From the NCBI GenBank assembly GCA_016930185.1, contig JAFGHK010000076.1:3005-67004 (forward strand): a stretch of DNA of 64,000 nt, in the 5' to 3' direction. A model generated the notes under the pieces. The model did no database searches and had not been told where the DNA came from. It saw nothing but the letters and a program-made list of their open reading frames with translations. Within the stretch, counting starts at the first letter, position 1. Each line of letters starts with the position of its first letter. The DNA is from Dehalococcoidales bacterium (GTDB taxonomy: Bacteria; Chloroflexota; Dehalococcoidia; Dehalococcoidales; RBG-16-60-22). Of the stretch, positions 38,374 through 47,032 are shown piece after piece. A program made the translations under genes and the position numbers.

Positions 38374-39315
38374 GTGGCTGAAGAAATCGCCCCGAGAGAA
38401 GTATATGGCAAGACGCTGGTGGAATTGGGACGCGAAAACCCCGATATCGTGGTGCTGGACGCCGACCTTTTCCCATCCACGATGACACGCTATTTCAAGG
38501 ATGCCTTCCCGGAGCGTTTCTTAGAGGTGGGCATCGCCGAGCAGAATATGGTCGGTATCGCCTGCGGCTTGGCGGCCAATGGCAAGATACCCTTCGCCAG
38601 CACCTTCGCTGTTTTTGGCACCAGTCGTTGCTTCGACCAGATACGCGTTTCGGTGGCGCAGGCGAAGCTTAATGTGAAAATCGTGGTTACCCACAGCGGC
38701 CTGACCGTCGGCGAGGACGGCGCTTCCCACCAGGCTCTCGAGGACCTGGCGCTTATCTGCTCGCTGCCCGGCTTTACGGTTATCGTTCCGGCGGACGCCG
38801 TCGAGACCGCCCAGGCTATACGGGCAGTTGCCGCGCATAAGGGCCCCTGCTATGTCCGACTGGTACGCGGCAAGCTGCCGGTAATACTGGATGATTCCTA
38901 CCGCTTTGAGATAGGCAAGGCGTATACCTTAAGAAAAGGCAAAGATGCAACCATTATGGCTATAGGAACTATGGTTGCACCTGCTCTGGAAGCCACATCC
39001 ATGCTGGCTAATGAAGGCATCGACTGCCGCGTTCTGAATATGTCCACCCTCAAACCCATCGACGAAGCAGCTATTATTAAAGCCGCTCAAGAGACCGGCG
39101 CCATCGTCACCGCCGAGGAGCACCAGGAACACGGCGGGCTGGCTAGCACGGTCTCGCGTGTAACCGCCAAGCACCACCCCGTGCCGATGGTATTCGTCGC
39201 CGTCAAGGACAAATTCGGCATGTCCGGTAAACCGGCGGAACTCCTAGAAAAATACGGACTGACGGCAAAAGATATCGCTGAGGCGGTTAAAGAGACACTC
39301 AAGAGAAAAGTCTAG
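38374..39315 (+). CDS. transketolase, C-terminal (pyrimidine-binding) subunit
   Basis: 313 aa with a GTG start 2 nt after the upstream stop. FLEVGIAEQNMVG and EDGASHQALEDL are present. Confidence 0.9.
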   Translation: MAEEIAPREVYGKTLVELGRENPDIVVLDADLFPSTMTRYFKDAFPERFLEVGIAEQNMVGIACGLAANGKIPFASTFAVFGTSRCFDQIRVSVAQAKLNVKIVVTHSGLTVGEDGASHQALEDLALICSLPGFTVIVPADAVETAQAIRAVAAHKGPCYVRLVRGKLPVILDDSYRFEIGKAYTLRKGKDATIMAIGTMVAPALEATSMLANEGIDCRVLNMSTLKPIDEAAIIKAAQETGAIVTAEEHQEHGGLASTVSRVTAKHHPVPMVFVAVKDKFGMSGKPAELLEKYGLTAKDIAEAVKETLKRKV

Positions 39316-39794
39316 TCCAGAAAAGTAATCTCCGCTGGAGGCCTTTCTTTCATATCTACATCGATACCGGCCTCTTTGAATATCTCGATAAATCGGTCGT
39401 CGTTGTATTTCCCGAAGCTTACGAAGCGGGCAATCCTGGCGTTGACCAGCATCTTGGCGCAGAGCACACAGGGCGTGTGCGTGCAGTAGACGGTACTCCC
39501 CCCCAGACTGACGCCATGCAGCCCCGCTTGAATGATTACATTCTGCTCGGCGTGGATGGCGCGGCAAATTTCCTGTCGTGTCCCCGACTCTATGCCCAGC
39601 TCGTCACGCAGGCAGCCCAGCTCCAGGCAGTCTTTAGCCCCTGCCGGCGCGCCGCTATACCCGGTAGTTAGTATGTGCTTGTCCCGCACGGCGATGGCGC
39701 CTATGTGGTGCCTGCGGCAGGTGGAGCGCTCCGCCACCACCGAGGCAATTTTCAGGAAATATTCATCTATATCAGGACGTTTCGGTAAAGTCAT
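39312..39794 (-). CDS. dCMP deaminase
   Basis: 160 aa with HAEQNVI and PCVLCAKML zinc-ligand motifs. Confidence 0.85.
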   Translation of the reverse strand: MTLPKRPDIDEYFLKIASVVAERSTCRRHHIGAIAVRDKHILTTGYSGAPAGAKDCLELGCLRDELGIESGTRQEICRAIHAEQNVIIQAGLHGVSLGGSTVYCTHTPCVLCAKMLVNARIARFVSFGKYNDDRFIEIFKEAGIDVDMKERPPAEITFLD

Positions 39795-40342
39795 CTCAAC
39801 CTCGCGATAATCCTTTCCACCTGCTTTTTTAAGTCGCTCATCGAGCCAGTATTCAATATAGTAAAATCCGCCATGGCAATCGGGCCGCCCTTGTTCAGGT
39901 TCTCGATTTCCGCGCGGTCGCGCCCGATGGCATCTTCCAGAGAAAGCGACCTCACCTTACGGCTGGTCAGCCGTCCGTACCTGTCCTGCGGCGACGACCA
40001 TACCGCCACGATGAAAAACCTGTCTCCATAAGAATTTTTAAGATATAAATACTCTTCCCAGGAATAAAGCCCATCCACCACCACGTTTGAGAGTTTCAGA
40101 GCTTCATCGATGCGCGGTATGCTCAACCTGGCATAGGCCGCCATGCCGTGCTCTTTCCTGATGCCTTCCCTGACCGGCCGCTCGTTTTCCTCGGTGAGAG
40201 ACAGTCCTTTTTCTTTAACGGCTTCATCGGTGATATCGCCGAACCTGATGACCTTAAAGCCCCCGGCGCTAAAGAACCTGGCGACTTCCGACTTGCCGGA
40301 GCCGGTCATGCCGACCACCGCAACTATCTTCATACCGTCCAT
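39791..40342 (-). CDS. P-loop nucleotide/dephospho-CoA-kinase-like protein
   Basis: 183 aa with Walker A VVGMTGSGKSEV. It overlaps the dCMP deaminase gene by 4 nt. Confidence 0.55.
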   Translation of the reverse strand: MDGMKIVAVVGMTGSGKSEVARFFSAGGFKVIRFGDITDEAVKEKGLSLTEENERPVREGIRKEHGMAAYARLSIPRIDEALKLSNVVVDGLYSWEEYLYLKNSYGDRFFIVAVWSSPQDRYGRLTSRKVRSLSLEDAIGRDRAEIENLNKGGPIAMADFTILNTGSMSDLKKQVERIIARLR

Positions 40343-40414
40343 TATAAGCGGTTCTTTTGAAAAATGAAAACGTTATTTACGGCCTGTGCTATACTTTAGG
40401 GTAAGGTTTTAACG

Positions 40415-41662
40415 ATGAGTAAAATCAACCTGGCGAAACAGCTCGGCGAGCAGTTGCCGTCCGATATTATCGACTTTATCCAGAAAGCGGGCGAGGCCGC
40501 CGAAAAACGGCAGCAGCGCTTATACGTGGTGGGAGGGGTGGTGCGCGACCTGCTGCTGGATAGATGCAACACCGACCTCGACCTGGTGGTCGAAGGGGAT
40601 GCCATCAAGCTGGCGCAGGCAATAGCCGCCTCGAAAAAAGCCAGCACGACCGTCCACACCCGCTTCGGCACGGCCAATCTTAAGTGGGCCAGCCGCAGCG
40701 TCGATTTTATCACGGCGCGCGCTGAAAACTACGCCCGACCCGGCGCCCTGCCTACGGTGAATCCAGGCTCCATCCATGACGACCTGTCGCGGCGCGATTT
40801 TACGGTTAACTCCATGGCAATCGAGCTTAATCCGCGCCATTACGGGGAGTTAATCGACCCCTTTAACGGACGGCAGGACCTGGATAAAAAATTAGTCCGT
40901 ATCCTACACAAGAAAAGCTTCAGCGACGACGCCACGCGCATCTGGCGGGCCATACGGTACGAGCAGCGACTGGACTTCAAGATAGAGTCGGAAACGCTGC
41001 GTCTCATCAAGCGGGATATAAAAATGCTTGAGACCGTCAGCGGCGACCGCATCCGGCATGAGCTTGAGCTCGTATTTAAGGAAGAAACACCGGAAAAACA
41101 GCTTGCGCGCGCCGCCGAACTGGGAGTGCTTGAGGCTTTACACCCCTCCTTGAGGGCGGACGACTGGCAGGCGGAAACATTCGCCGCGGCGCGTGAGAAA
41201 AACCTCCCCGACCCCACGCCGTCGCCGCTTTACCTCGCCCTACTCTGCTACCGACTGAACGAGAAGGAACTGGAACAACTCATCAAGTACCTGCGCCTGA
41301 CCAAAACTACGGCACAGGTATTGCGGGATACTCTAGCTATCAGGGAGAAAACGCAGGAACTGGCGGCGCCGGGGCTGGCGCCCAGTATCGTTTATCACCT
41401 GCTGCACGGTTATAGTGCCGCGGCCTACATCGCCAATTCCATCGGGTCCGACTCCGAGACCGCCTCGGAGCACATCGAGCTTTATTTAAGTGTACTAAGG
41501 CACGTAAAACCCGCCCTTTCCGGCAAAGACCTGGAGAAGCTGGGCGTGCCCATAGGGCCTGAAATCAAAGATGTCCTGCAAAAGCTCCGCGAGGCCCGAC
41601 TGGACGGCAGGATAGGCACCAAAGGGGAAGAGGAGGAGATGGTGAGGGGATTATCATTATAA
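40415..41662 (+). CDS. cca: CCA-adding tRNA nucleotidyltransferase / poly(A) polymerase family
   Basis: 415 aa with GGVVRDLLL and DLDLVV in the head domain and RDFTVNSMA. Confidence 0.8.
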   Translation: MSKINLAKQLGEQLPSDIIDFIQKAGEAAEKRQQRLYVVGGVVRDLLLDRCNTDLDLVVEGDAIKLAQAIAASKKASTTVHTRFGTANLKWASRSVDFITARAENYARPGALPTVNPGSIHDDLSRRDFTVNSMAIELNPRHYGELIDPFNGRQDLDKKLVRILHKKSFSDDATRIWRAIRYEQRLDFKIESETLRLIKRDIKMLETVSGDRIRHELELVFKEETPEKQLARAAELGVLEALHPSLRADDWQAETFAAAREKNLPDPTPSPLYLALLCYRLNEKELEQLIKYLRLTKTTAQVLRDTLAIREKTQELAAPGLAPSIVYHLLHGYSAAAYIANSIGSDSETASEHIELYLSVLRHVKPALSGKDLEKLGVPIGPEIKDVLQKLREARLDGRIGTKGEEEEMVRGLSL

Positions 41663-41696
41663 GTAATTCTGCCGAGCGATTCCCGGCAATGACATT

Positions 41697-42203
41697 CTAA
41701 TCCACTTTCTTAAACGCCTTTGTCGGGACGCCGCAGATGGGGCACTTGTCCGGCACATTATCCCTGACAGTGTTCCCGCACACCTGGCAGACGTAATAGG
41801 TCGCCTCGGCGGGCTGCTTGCCTTCCCTCATATCCTTGTAAGCCGCGTCGAAGTAGGTATAATGCACTTTTTCCACGCGGTTCGCCCAGTCGAAGGAGCG
41901 CTCGGCGCGGTCGTTCTTTTCTTTCTGCGCTATCTCGATAAAAATGGGGTACATGCTGGTAAACTCATCCTTCTCCCCAATGCTGGCCGCCAGCAGGTTG
42001 TCCTTGGTGCTGCCGATGGCGTCGATGACGTTAAGGTGGTTACGGATGTGCACCATTTCCGCCTCCGCCACGGCGCGGAATAGTTTAGCCACCTGCGGAT
42101 AGCCTTCCTTTTCCGCCTTCTCGGCATAAACCATGTAGCGGCGGTTAGCCCTGCTCTCCCCGCTAAAAGCCTCCTGGACATTGTCTTCCGTTTTATAATC
42201 CAT
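41697..42203 (-). CDS. rubrerythrin
   Basis: 168 aa with a ferritin-like di-iron domain (E..H repeats) and a C-terminal rubredoxin motif CQVCGN...CPICG. Confidence 0.9.
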   Translation of the reverse strand: MDYKTEDNVQEAFSGESRANRRYMVYAEKAEKEGYPQVAKLFRAVAEAEMVHIRNHLNVIDAIGSTKDNLLAASIGEKDEFTSMYPIFIEIAQKEKNDRAERSFDWANRVEKVHYTYFDAAYKDMREGKQPAEATYYVCQVCGNTVRDNVPDKCPICGVPTKAFKKVD

Positions 42204-42235
42204 TTTTTTCTCCTGTATTCCTTTAATTTTTTAAA

Positions 42236-43054
42236 TCACTGACGATAGATAATGCGAGCCGGTTTGCGCGGTGGAATCCGCTGGTATTTATATTTTGGAT
42301 AGCCCAGCATCAAAGCTCCATAGCATGCCATACCTTCCGGCAGCGCCACAGACTTAATCATAGCAGGAAACGCACCGGCGGCGAAATAAAAGAAGCCCGC
42401 CCAGCAGCACCCCAGACCCAAAGTATTCGCTGCGAGGTCAAAATACCCCAGAGCAATAGCACAGTCAGTAGCCGCAATGGGATCATCTTTCTCGGCATAG
42501 GCTGCCACCAGGGCCGGGGCATCTCTAAGGAAAACATCGTAGCCTGCGTCGAGTCGTTTTATGGGATCGACCAGCATTTCTGCCATCCCGGGTACGTTTT
42601 TAGCCGTCCACCGCATCCAGTCGGCTCCGACAGTCGCCAGTTCTTTCATCTTTTGACGGTCGTTAACGACAAGCCACCGGACTTCCTGGTTATTGTGTCC
42701 TGTAGGTGCATAGCGCGCTACGTCGATAATACGCTCAATTATATCCTTCGACACGGGCTTATCCTGAAATTCGCGGATAGAGCGCCGACTCTTAATAAGC
42801 TGCGCGACCTGCCCGAAAGTGACTCCCAGTTTCTTGTCAATGGGCAGGCATTTTTCGAGTGATAATTCTTGATGGATAACGCTATCCGTGGGGCAGACAG
42901 CAACGCAGTGCCCGCAGCGCAGACAAATATCTGCTGTACCGGGGAACAAACGGGGATAGCTGTTTTTTCTGTAATAAATAATGCCCGCCGAACATATCGC
43001 CGCACAGGCGCCGCATTTCGTGCAGGTCTCCTTATCGAATTCAACCAGTGCCAT
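42236..43054 (-). CDS. ferredoxin-domain-fused nitroreductase-family flavoprotein
   Basis: 272 aa. The N-terminus has CTKCGACAAIC and CLRCGHCVAVCP. The nitroreductase core contains RRSIREF. Confidence 0.8.
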   Translation of the reverse strand: MALVEFDKETCTKCGACAAICSAGIIYYRKNSYPRLFPGTADICLRCGHCVAVCPTDSVIHQELSLEKCLPIDKKLGVTFGQVAQLIKSRRSIREFQDKPVSKDIIERIIDVARYAPTGHNNQEVRWLVVNDRQKMKELATVGADWMRWTAKNVPGMAEMLVDPIKRLDAGYDVFLRDAPALVAAYAEKDDPIAATDCAIALGYFDLAANTLGLGCCWAGFFYFAAGAFPAMIKSVALPEGMACYGALMLGYPKYKYQRIPPRKPARIIYRQ

Positions 43055-43161
43055 TAAACAATCTCCTTTTTCAATATCTCGTAAAACTTATCACGGGCAT
43101 ATTTTTCCTGCCAGGGTTCGTGGCCGCACTTCTCCAGCAGTATAAATCTGAAGTTTTTCAC
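43054..43161 (-). other. 35-codon bridging mini-ORF resembling an alpha/beta-hydrolase C-terminus
   Basis: The translation is VKNFRFILLEKCGHEPWQEKYARDKFYEILKKEIV. Its GTG overlaps the ispE stop (GTGA at 43158-43161) and its TAA overlaps the downstream ATG (TAATG at 43052-43056). Confidence 0.3.
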
Positions 43162-44003
43162 AACGTACCTGCCAGAATAGCTTTAAAGCCCTGGTCTTGA
43201 CAGAGTTTATATAAATCCTGGGCTTTTGACTTATTCCCGAGCACCGAAAATAGAGTCGGGCCGGAGCCAGCGACGTGGATGTGGGGTGCTCCTAACTTTA
43301 TTAGGTGCTCTTTATAGACCGCCAGTCCTTCAAAGTATTCAAAGGCTATGTTTTCAAAGGTGTTAAACAGGAGTAAAGGAGTAAAGGCTTTTCCTTTTTT
43401 TAAAGATGCCACCAGCGTTTCCGTGATAGCGCCGTCGGTGTAATGGGGGGAGTTAAGGGCGGCATACATTTTCGCAGTTTTACCTGCCTCCACCGGCACA
43501 TCCGAGACCACCAATACCAGCCATAGCTTCTCGGGCAAGGTGAGGGGTGAAATTATCTCCCCCCTCCCCATCGCTAAAGCCGTGCCTCTGCGCAGGAAGA
43601 AGGGCACGTCCGACCCCAGTCCGGCGGCGAGTTCCGCCAGTTTTTCTTCTGAAAGGTCCAGATTCCATAATTCGTTAAGGCCGCGTAATAAAGCGGCGGC
43701 ATCGCTGCTGTCGCCGCCAAGGCCGGACATGAGCGGGATACGCTTTTCAATCTTTATTTCCGTCCCGCCCTTATAGCCGGTCTCCTCGCGCAGTAAAGCT
43801 ACGACCTTACTGACAAGGCTTTTCTCGGCCGACCACCCCTCCATATCGCATTGATAGGAAACTCCCCTGCTTTCCTCAATATACAGCGTGTCATGCAGGT
43901 CTATGGTCTGGAGGACGCTGCGTATCTCGTGGAAGCCGTCGGGTCGCTTACGGAGGACTTCCAGCGTGAGGTTTATCTTGGCCAGGGCTTTCATCGTAAT
44001 CAT
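43158..44003 (-). CDS. ispE: 4-diphosphocytidyl-2-C-methyl-D-erythritol kinase
   Basis: 281 aa with KINLTLEV and the GHMP motif IPLMSGLGGDSSDAAA. Confidence 0.9.
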   Translation of the reverse strand: MITMKALAKINLTLEVLRKRPDGFHEIRSVLQTIDLHDTLYIEESRGVSYQCDMEGWSAEKSLVSKVVALLREETGYKGGTEIKIEKRIPLMSGLGGDSSDAAALLRGLNELWNLDLSEEKLAELAAGLGSDVPFFLRRGTALAMGRGEIISPLTLPEKLWLVLVVSDVPVEAGKTAKMYAALNSPHYTDGAITETLVASLKKGKAFTPLLLFNTFENIAFEYFEGLAVYKEHLIKLGAPHIHVAGSGPTLFSVLGNKSKAQDLYKLCQDQGFKAILAGTL

Positions 44004-44009
44004 ATCATT

Positions 44010-44882
44010 TCACTTCAGGTTATATTCCTTAAAGAGCGCCGCCCATTCCTCGAGCGTAAAGGTCTCGGCGCGGCGGCGTGGGTCGATGCTGGCTTTATCG
44101 AGTAAAGCTAATACCTTTTCTTTAGGCAAACCAAGTCCCTGCGCCAGCGAGTTGGCTGCCTGCTTGCGGGCGGCGCTGAAGCCGGCGCGCACGAGCCTGA
44201 AAAAGCCGCTAGTATCGGTGACGGGGACGGGGGGTTTAGCATAAACGTCTATCCTGACGACGGCGGAATCGACCTCCGGCGGGGGGTAAAAGGAGGCGGC
44301 GGGGACATCGGTCACAATACCTGGTTTCCCGTAAAACTGCACGGCGATGCTCAAGAGACTGCGCTGTCCGGCTTCGGCACAAATAATTTGAGCGACCTCT
44401 TTCTGCACCATGACCACCATTACGTCCGGCTTGACTTTTGCCTCTAAAAAATGGCGCAGCACGGGCGAGGTTATATAGTACGGCAGGTTGGCGACGACTT
44501 TATAAGAGCTTAAGCTCGGGGGGAAATGGGGGGCACCGCCCTTAAGCAGTTTGGCGGGGTCGGTGCCGAGGACGTCCTCGTTAAGGATGACCACGTTTTC
44601 ATGCTGTAAAGTCTTCTGCAGAATAGAGGCCAGCCGGTTATCCAGCTCAATGGCGATGACCCAGCCCGCCCTTTTAGCCAGCTCCGCGGTCATAAGCCCC
44701 AGCCCGGGCCCCACCTCGATAACGGTATCGTCGCTCTTAAGGTCGGCGGTCTTAAGGATTTTGTCGAGGACAGCGTCGTCAACGAGGAAATGCTGTGCCA
44801 ATCCCTTCCTGGCCCGTATATCGTACCTGCGGAGCAGCTTTTTCGTCCGCTTCAGAAGCGTAGCAGAACCGGTCTTGTCCAT
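44010..44882 (-). CDS. rsmA: 16S rRNA (adenine1518/1519-N6)-dimethyltransferase
   Basis: 290 aa with GLAQHFL, VIEVGPGLGLMT and NLPYYITSP. Confidence 0.95.
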   Translation of the reverse strand: MDKTGSATLLKRTKKLLRRYDIRARKGLAQHFLVDDAVLDKILKTADLKSDDTVIEVGPGLGLMTAELAKRAGWVIAIELDNRLASILQKTLQHENVVILNEDVLGTDPAKLLKGGAPHFPPSLSSYKVVANLPYYITSPVLRHFLEAKVKPDVMVVMVQKEVAQIICAEAGQRSLLSIAVQFYGKPGIVTDVPAASFYPPPEVDSAVVRIDVYAKPPVPVTDTSGFFRLVRAGFSAARKQAANSLAQGLGLPKEKVLALLDKASIDPRRRAETFTLEEWAALFKEYNLK

Positions 44883-44887
44883 AATAC

Positions 44888-45156
44888 GTAGAGGCCGTGC
44901 ACCCGCCCTCGACTCTGCCCAACGGCTTGCCCGGGCCAGCCAGCTCCAGCCAGGCTGACCTGCGGCACCCAGAATATACTATTTACCGCTGCTTCCTTTC
45001 GGATCTGACGGGGTTCATAGCGCTCTGCCGCGCAGGACCCGGCCTTCAACGCCGCTTAACACAGGCAGTCCCACCAGACAAAAGCCTCAAGCGGGGATTC
45101 GACCCTGCTATAGTGGATTTCAGGTACAGGGCACCACTGGCTCCCCGTCTAGCACG
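44888..45156 (-). ncRNA. ffs: signal recognition particle RNA, long (Alu-domain-containing, Bacillus-like) form
   Basis: The minus strand reads ...CCCGUCAGAUCCGAAAGGAAGCAGCGG..., matching the conserved SRP domain IV (GNRA loop plus GGAAGCAGC). The 3' part GGGUGCACGGCC resembles long SRP RNAs. The region has no credible ORF. Ends are uncertain by about 20 nt, and the RNA abuts the rsmA start. Confidence 0.75.
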
Positions 45157-45208
45157 ACCTCACTAAAAATCGTAAGGTTTGGGAGGGGGTTTGTCAAGGG
45201 AAGGGGGA

Positions 45209-45250
45209 GTTAACAGTTAACAGTTTACAGTTATTAGTTGTTAGTTAGGG
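45209..45250. repeat. tandem heptamer array A (GTTAACA-like, six units)
   Basis: GTTAACA GTTAACA GTTTACA GTTATTA GTTGTTA GTTAGGG, flanked on both sides by G-tract clusters (45181-45207 and 45248-45267). Confidence 0.8.
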
Positions 45251-45381
45251 GGTGAAGGGGTGGGGGGTTCGTTTTATTTGTTTTTGGGAAAAAATTTTTT
45301 ATGTTTTTAGCTTTGAGCCGTAGCTGATTCGTTTATCCTTAAATTAGAGTTATGTAAAATTGTTATGTATAGTAGTCTGCA

Positions 45382-45409
45382 GTTTACAGTACACAGTTAA
45401 CAGTACAAA
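45382..45409. repeat. tandem heptamer array B (same family, four units)
   Basis: GTTTACA GTACACA GTTAACA GTACAAA, about 130 bp from array A across an AT-rich spacer. Confidence 0.75.
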
Positions 45410-45693
45410 ATCCCTCTGTCTCTCTCCTTCGACAGGCTCAGGACAGGCTCTTTACGAAAGGGAGACTTCCCCATTATAAGGGTGGCGGGGGGATAAAGTG
45501 AATGGGATTTTGGCGCGGGGTGGAGGATTTATCAAGTTAAGCGAAAATTGGGAAGTGTATCATTTTCAGCTTAACAATTGGGAACTATTTTTGAAAGGAG
45601 GTACAATTGTGTCAAAAAGTCTAGTTCATTGGTCTGATTGCGCTGTAAATAGTGAACCTGCTTATCCTGCTGGTGAATGTGACTGTGGAGCTG

Positions 45694-45987
45694 CTAAAGC
45701 TCGCAAAAGATGGTGGATATATCTTTATCACCTCTTGCGTATCCATTTGCCTCACTTAAAAAGTGTTCTTGAGTCACGATTAAGGCAATTATTTCATTTA
45801 CCTCAAAGAGCCGCCAACATGGTATCCTACCAGAACCCGAAGTGCCGCCAACTTGATACCCACGAATCACTTCATGCCTCCTTAAACTCAAACCATAAGC
45901 ATGGGGTTGTATAACACGGGGATGAGTATGATAAGTAAACATCAGGATTTTCCTATTGTTGATAGCATCACAAATTATTTGGTTCAT
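45694..45987 (-). CDS. small WYL-like-domain protein of unknown function
   Basis: 97 aa starting at ATG 45987, which is preceded by AAGAGGGG. The pattern NRKILMFTYHTHPRVIQPHAYG...RGYQVGGTSGSGRIPCWRLFEVNEI...F...GY.RGD..I..IFCEL resembles a recurrent small WYL/SH3-like family as I remember it. Confidence 0.55.
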   Translation of the reverse strand: MNQIICDAINNRKILMFTYHTHPRVIQPHAYGLSLRRHEVIRGYQVGGTSGSGRIPCWRLFEVNEIIALIVTQEHFLSEANGYARGDKDISTIFCEL

Positions 45988-46023
45988 GATATCCCCTCTT
46001 AATGTGGACTCGGCTCGGAGAAA

Positions 46024-46044
46024 AAATTGTGCTAAGCACAATTT
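46024..46044. promoter_or_regulatory. perfect 10-1-10 palindrome upstream of the WYL-like gene
   Basis: AAATTGTGCT-A-AGCACAATTT lies 37-57 nt upstream of ATG 45987. A second inverted repeat, CTGCCACC/GGTGGCAG, lies at 46053-46077. Confidence 0.55.
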
Positions 46045-46212
46045 CCTCCTTTCTGCCACCCGCTCGCCTGGTGGCAGAAGCAATTATCCTATTGATTTTA
46101 GCAAAAGTCAATAGTTTCATTATATCAGCTTTACTATTTCCTCAATAGTCTAGATATTATTAGTTAATCCGGCTACCATCGTTGGTATTCTCGGATAAAT
46201 GACAGCAGGCCA

Positions 46213-46944
46213 CTACCTCCCCACCTCAAGCCTCGTCACCAGTGGAACGGGCAGGCCCGCCTCCATCATCTTGTCCTGCGTGGCGCGGACGTCGTACTCC
46301 ACGCGGTAAACCCGGAACAGGCTCCCCTCGCTGTCGTAAATGGCATAGCTGGCGCGCGGGTCGCCGTCGCGGGGCTGGCCCACCGCCCCCGGATTGATTA
46401 TTATACGGCTATTCCTAAGCACCAGCCCGATTCCCGACGAAAGCGATATGGAGGCAATCTTGTTTTCTTCCTGCTTGTACGCCAGCGGCACGTGGGTATG
46501 ACCCACCAGGCAATAAAGCCCCTCGAAGTACGAGAAGTTCTTCTCGGCGATGCTGTTGGAAGCGACGTATTCCAGGAGGGGTGAGGCGGGGCTGCCGTGC
46601 GCCAGCAGGAAATCGTCCTTCTGCACGGTCATGGGCAGCTCTTCAAGATATTTCAGGTCTTCCGGGCTAAGCTTTTCCGCGGTCCAGCTGCAGGCCTGGG
46701 CGGCAACCGGATTGAACAGGGTCAGCTCCAGCTTGCCCACCGCGCCGAAATCGTGGTTGCCGGCAACGCAGACAGGATTATGCTCCCGCAGCAGCTTGAT
46801 GCACCCGGCAGGCTCGGGGCCATAGCCGACGATATCTCCAAGGCACCAGACCTCGTCCACGCCGCCCTTATCCTCAATATCCTTAAGTACGGTGGACAGC
46901 GCCTCCAGGTTGGAGTGTATATCGGCCAGAATTGCGCAGCGCAT
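46213..46944 (-). CDS. calcineurin-like metallophosphoesterase
   Basis: 243 aa with ILADIHSN, GDIVGYGPEP, GNHD and GHTH motifs. Confidence 0.8.
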   Translation of the reverse strand: MRCAILADIHSNLEALSTVLKDIEDKGGVDEVWCLGDIVGYGPEPAGCIKLLREHNPVCVAGNHDFGAVGKLELTLFNPVAAQACSWTAEKLSPEDLKYLEELPMTVQKDDFLLAHGSPASPLLEYVASNSIAEKNFSYFEGLYCLVGHTHVPLAYKQEENKIASISLSSGIGLVLRNSRIIINPGAVGQPRDGDPRASYAIYDSEGSLFRVYRVEYDVRATQDKMMEAGLPVPLVTRLEVGR

Positions 46945-47032
46945 TTAGGAATAATATAGCAGTTTTTGGTAAATATTAAAAGCAGAAACCCCGAAAAGTC
47001 AGCCGAGGGGGTAATATGATATAATCATAGCT

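Noticed and set aside
45070-45110. A tRNA-like T-arm (GGGTCGAATCCCC on the minus strand).
   Set aside because: No acceptor, D or anticodon arms can be drawn around it. The segment sits inside a region whose conserved GAAAGGAAGCAGC core identifies it as SRP RNA.
45209-45409. A CRISPR array or minisatellite interpretation of the heptamer repeats.
   Set aside because: The units are only 7 nt with no spacers, and no cas genes are present. They are reported as tandem heptamers instead.
45498-45914. A 138-aa plus-strand ORF overlapping the WYL-like gene.
   Set aside because: Its 3' two-thirds is antisense to a better-supported gene and looks like random basic sequence. Only the segment after AAGGAGG-GTG (45609) might be a genuine small ORF, and it is mentioned under the islet finding.
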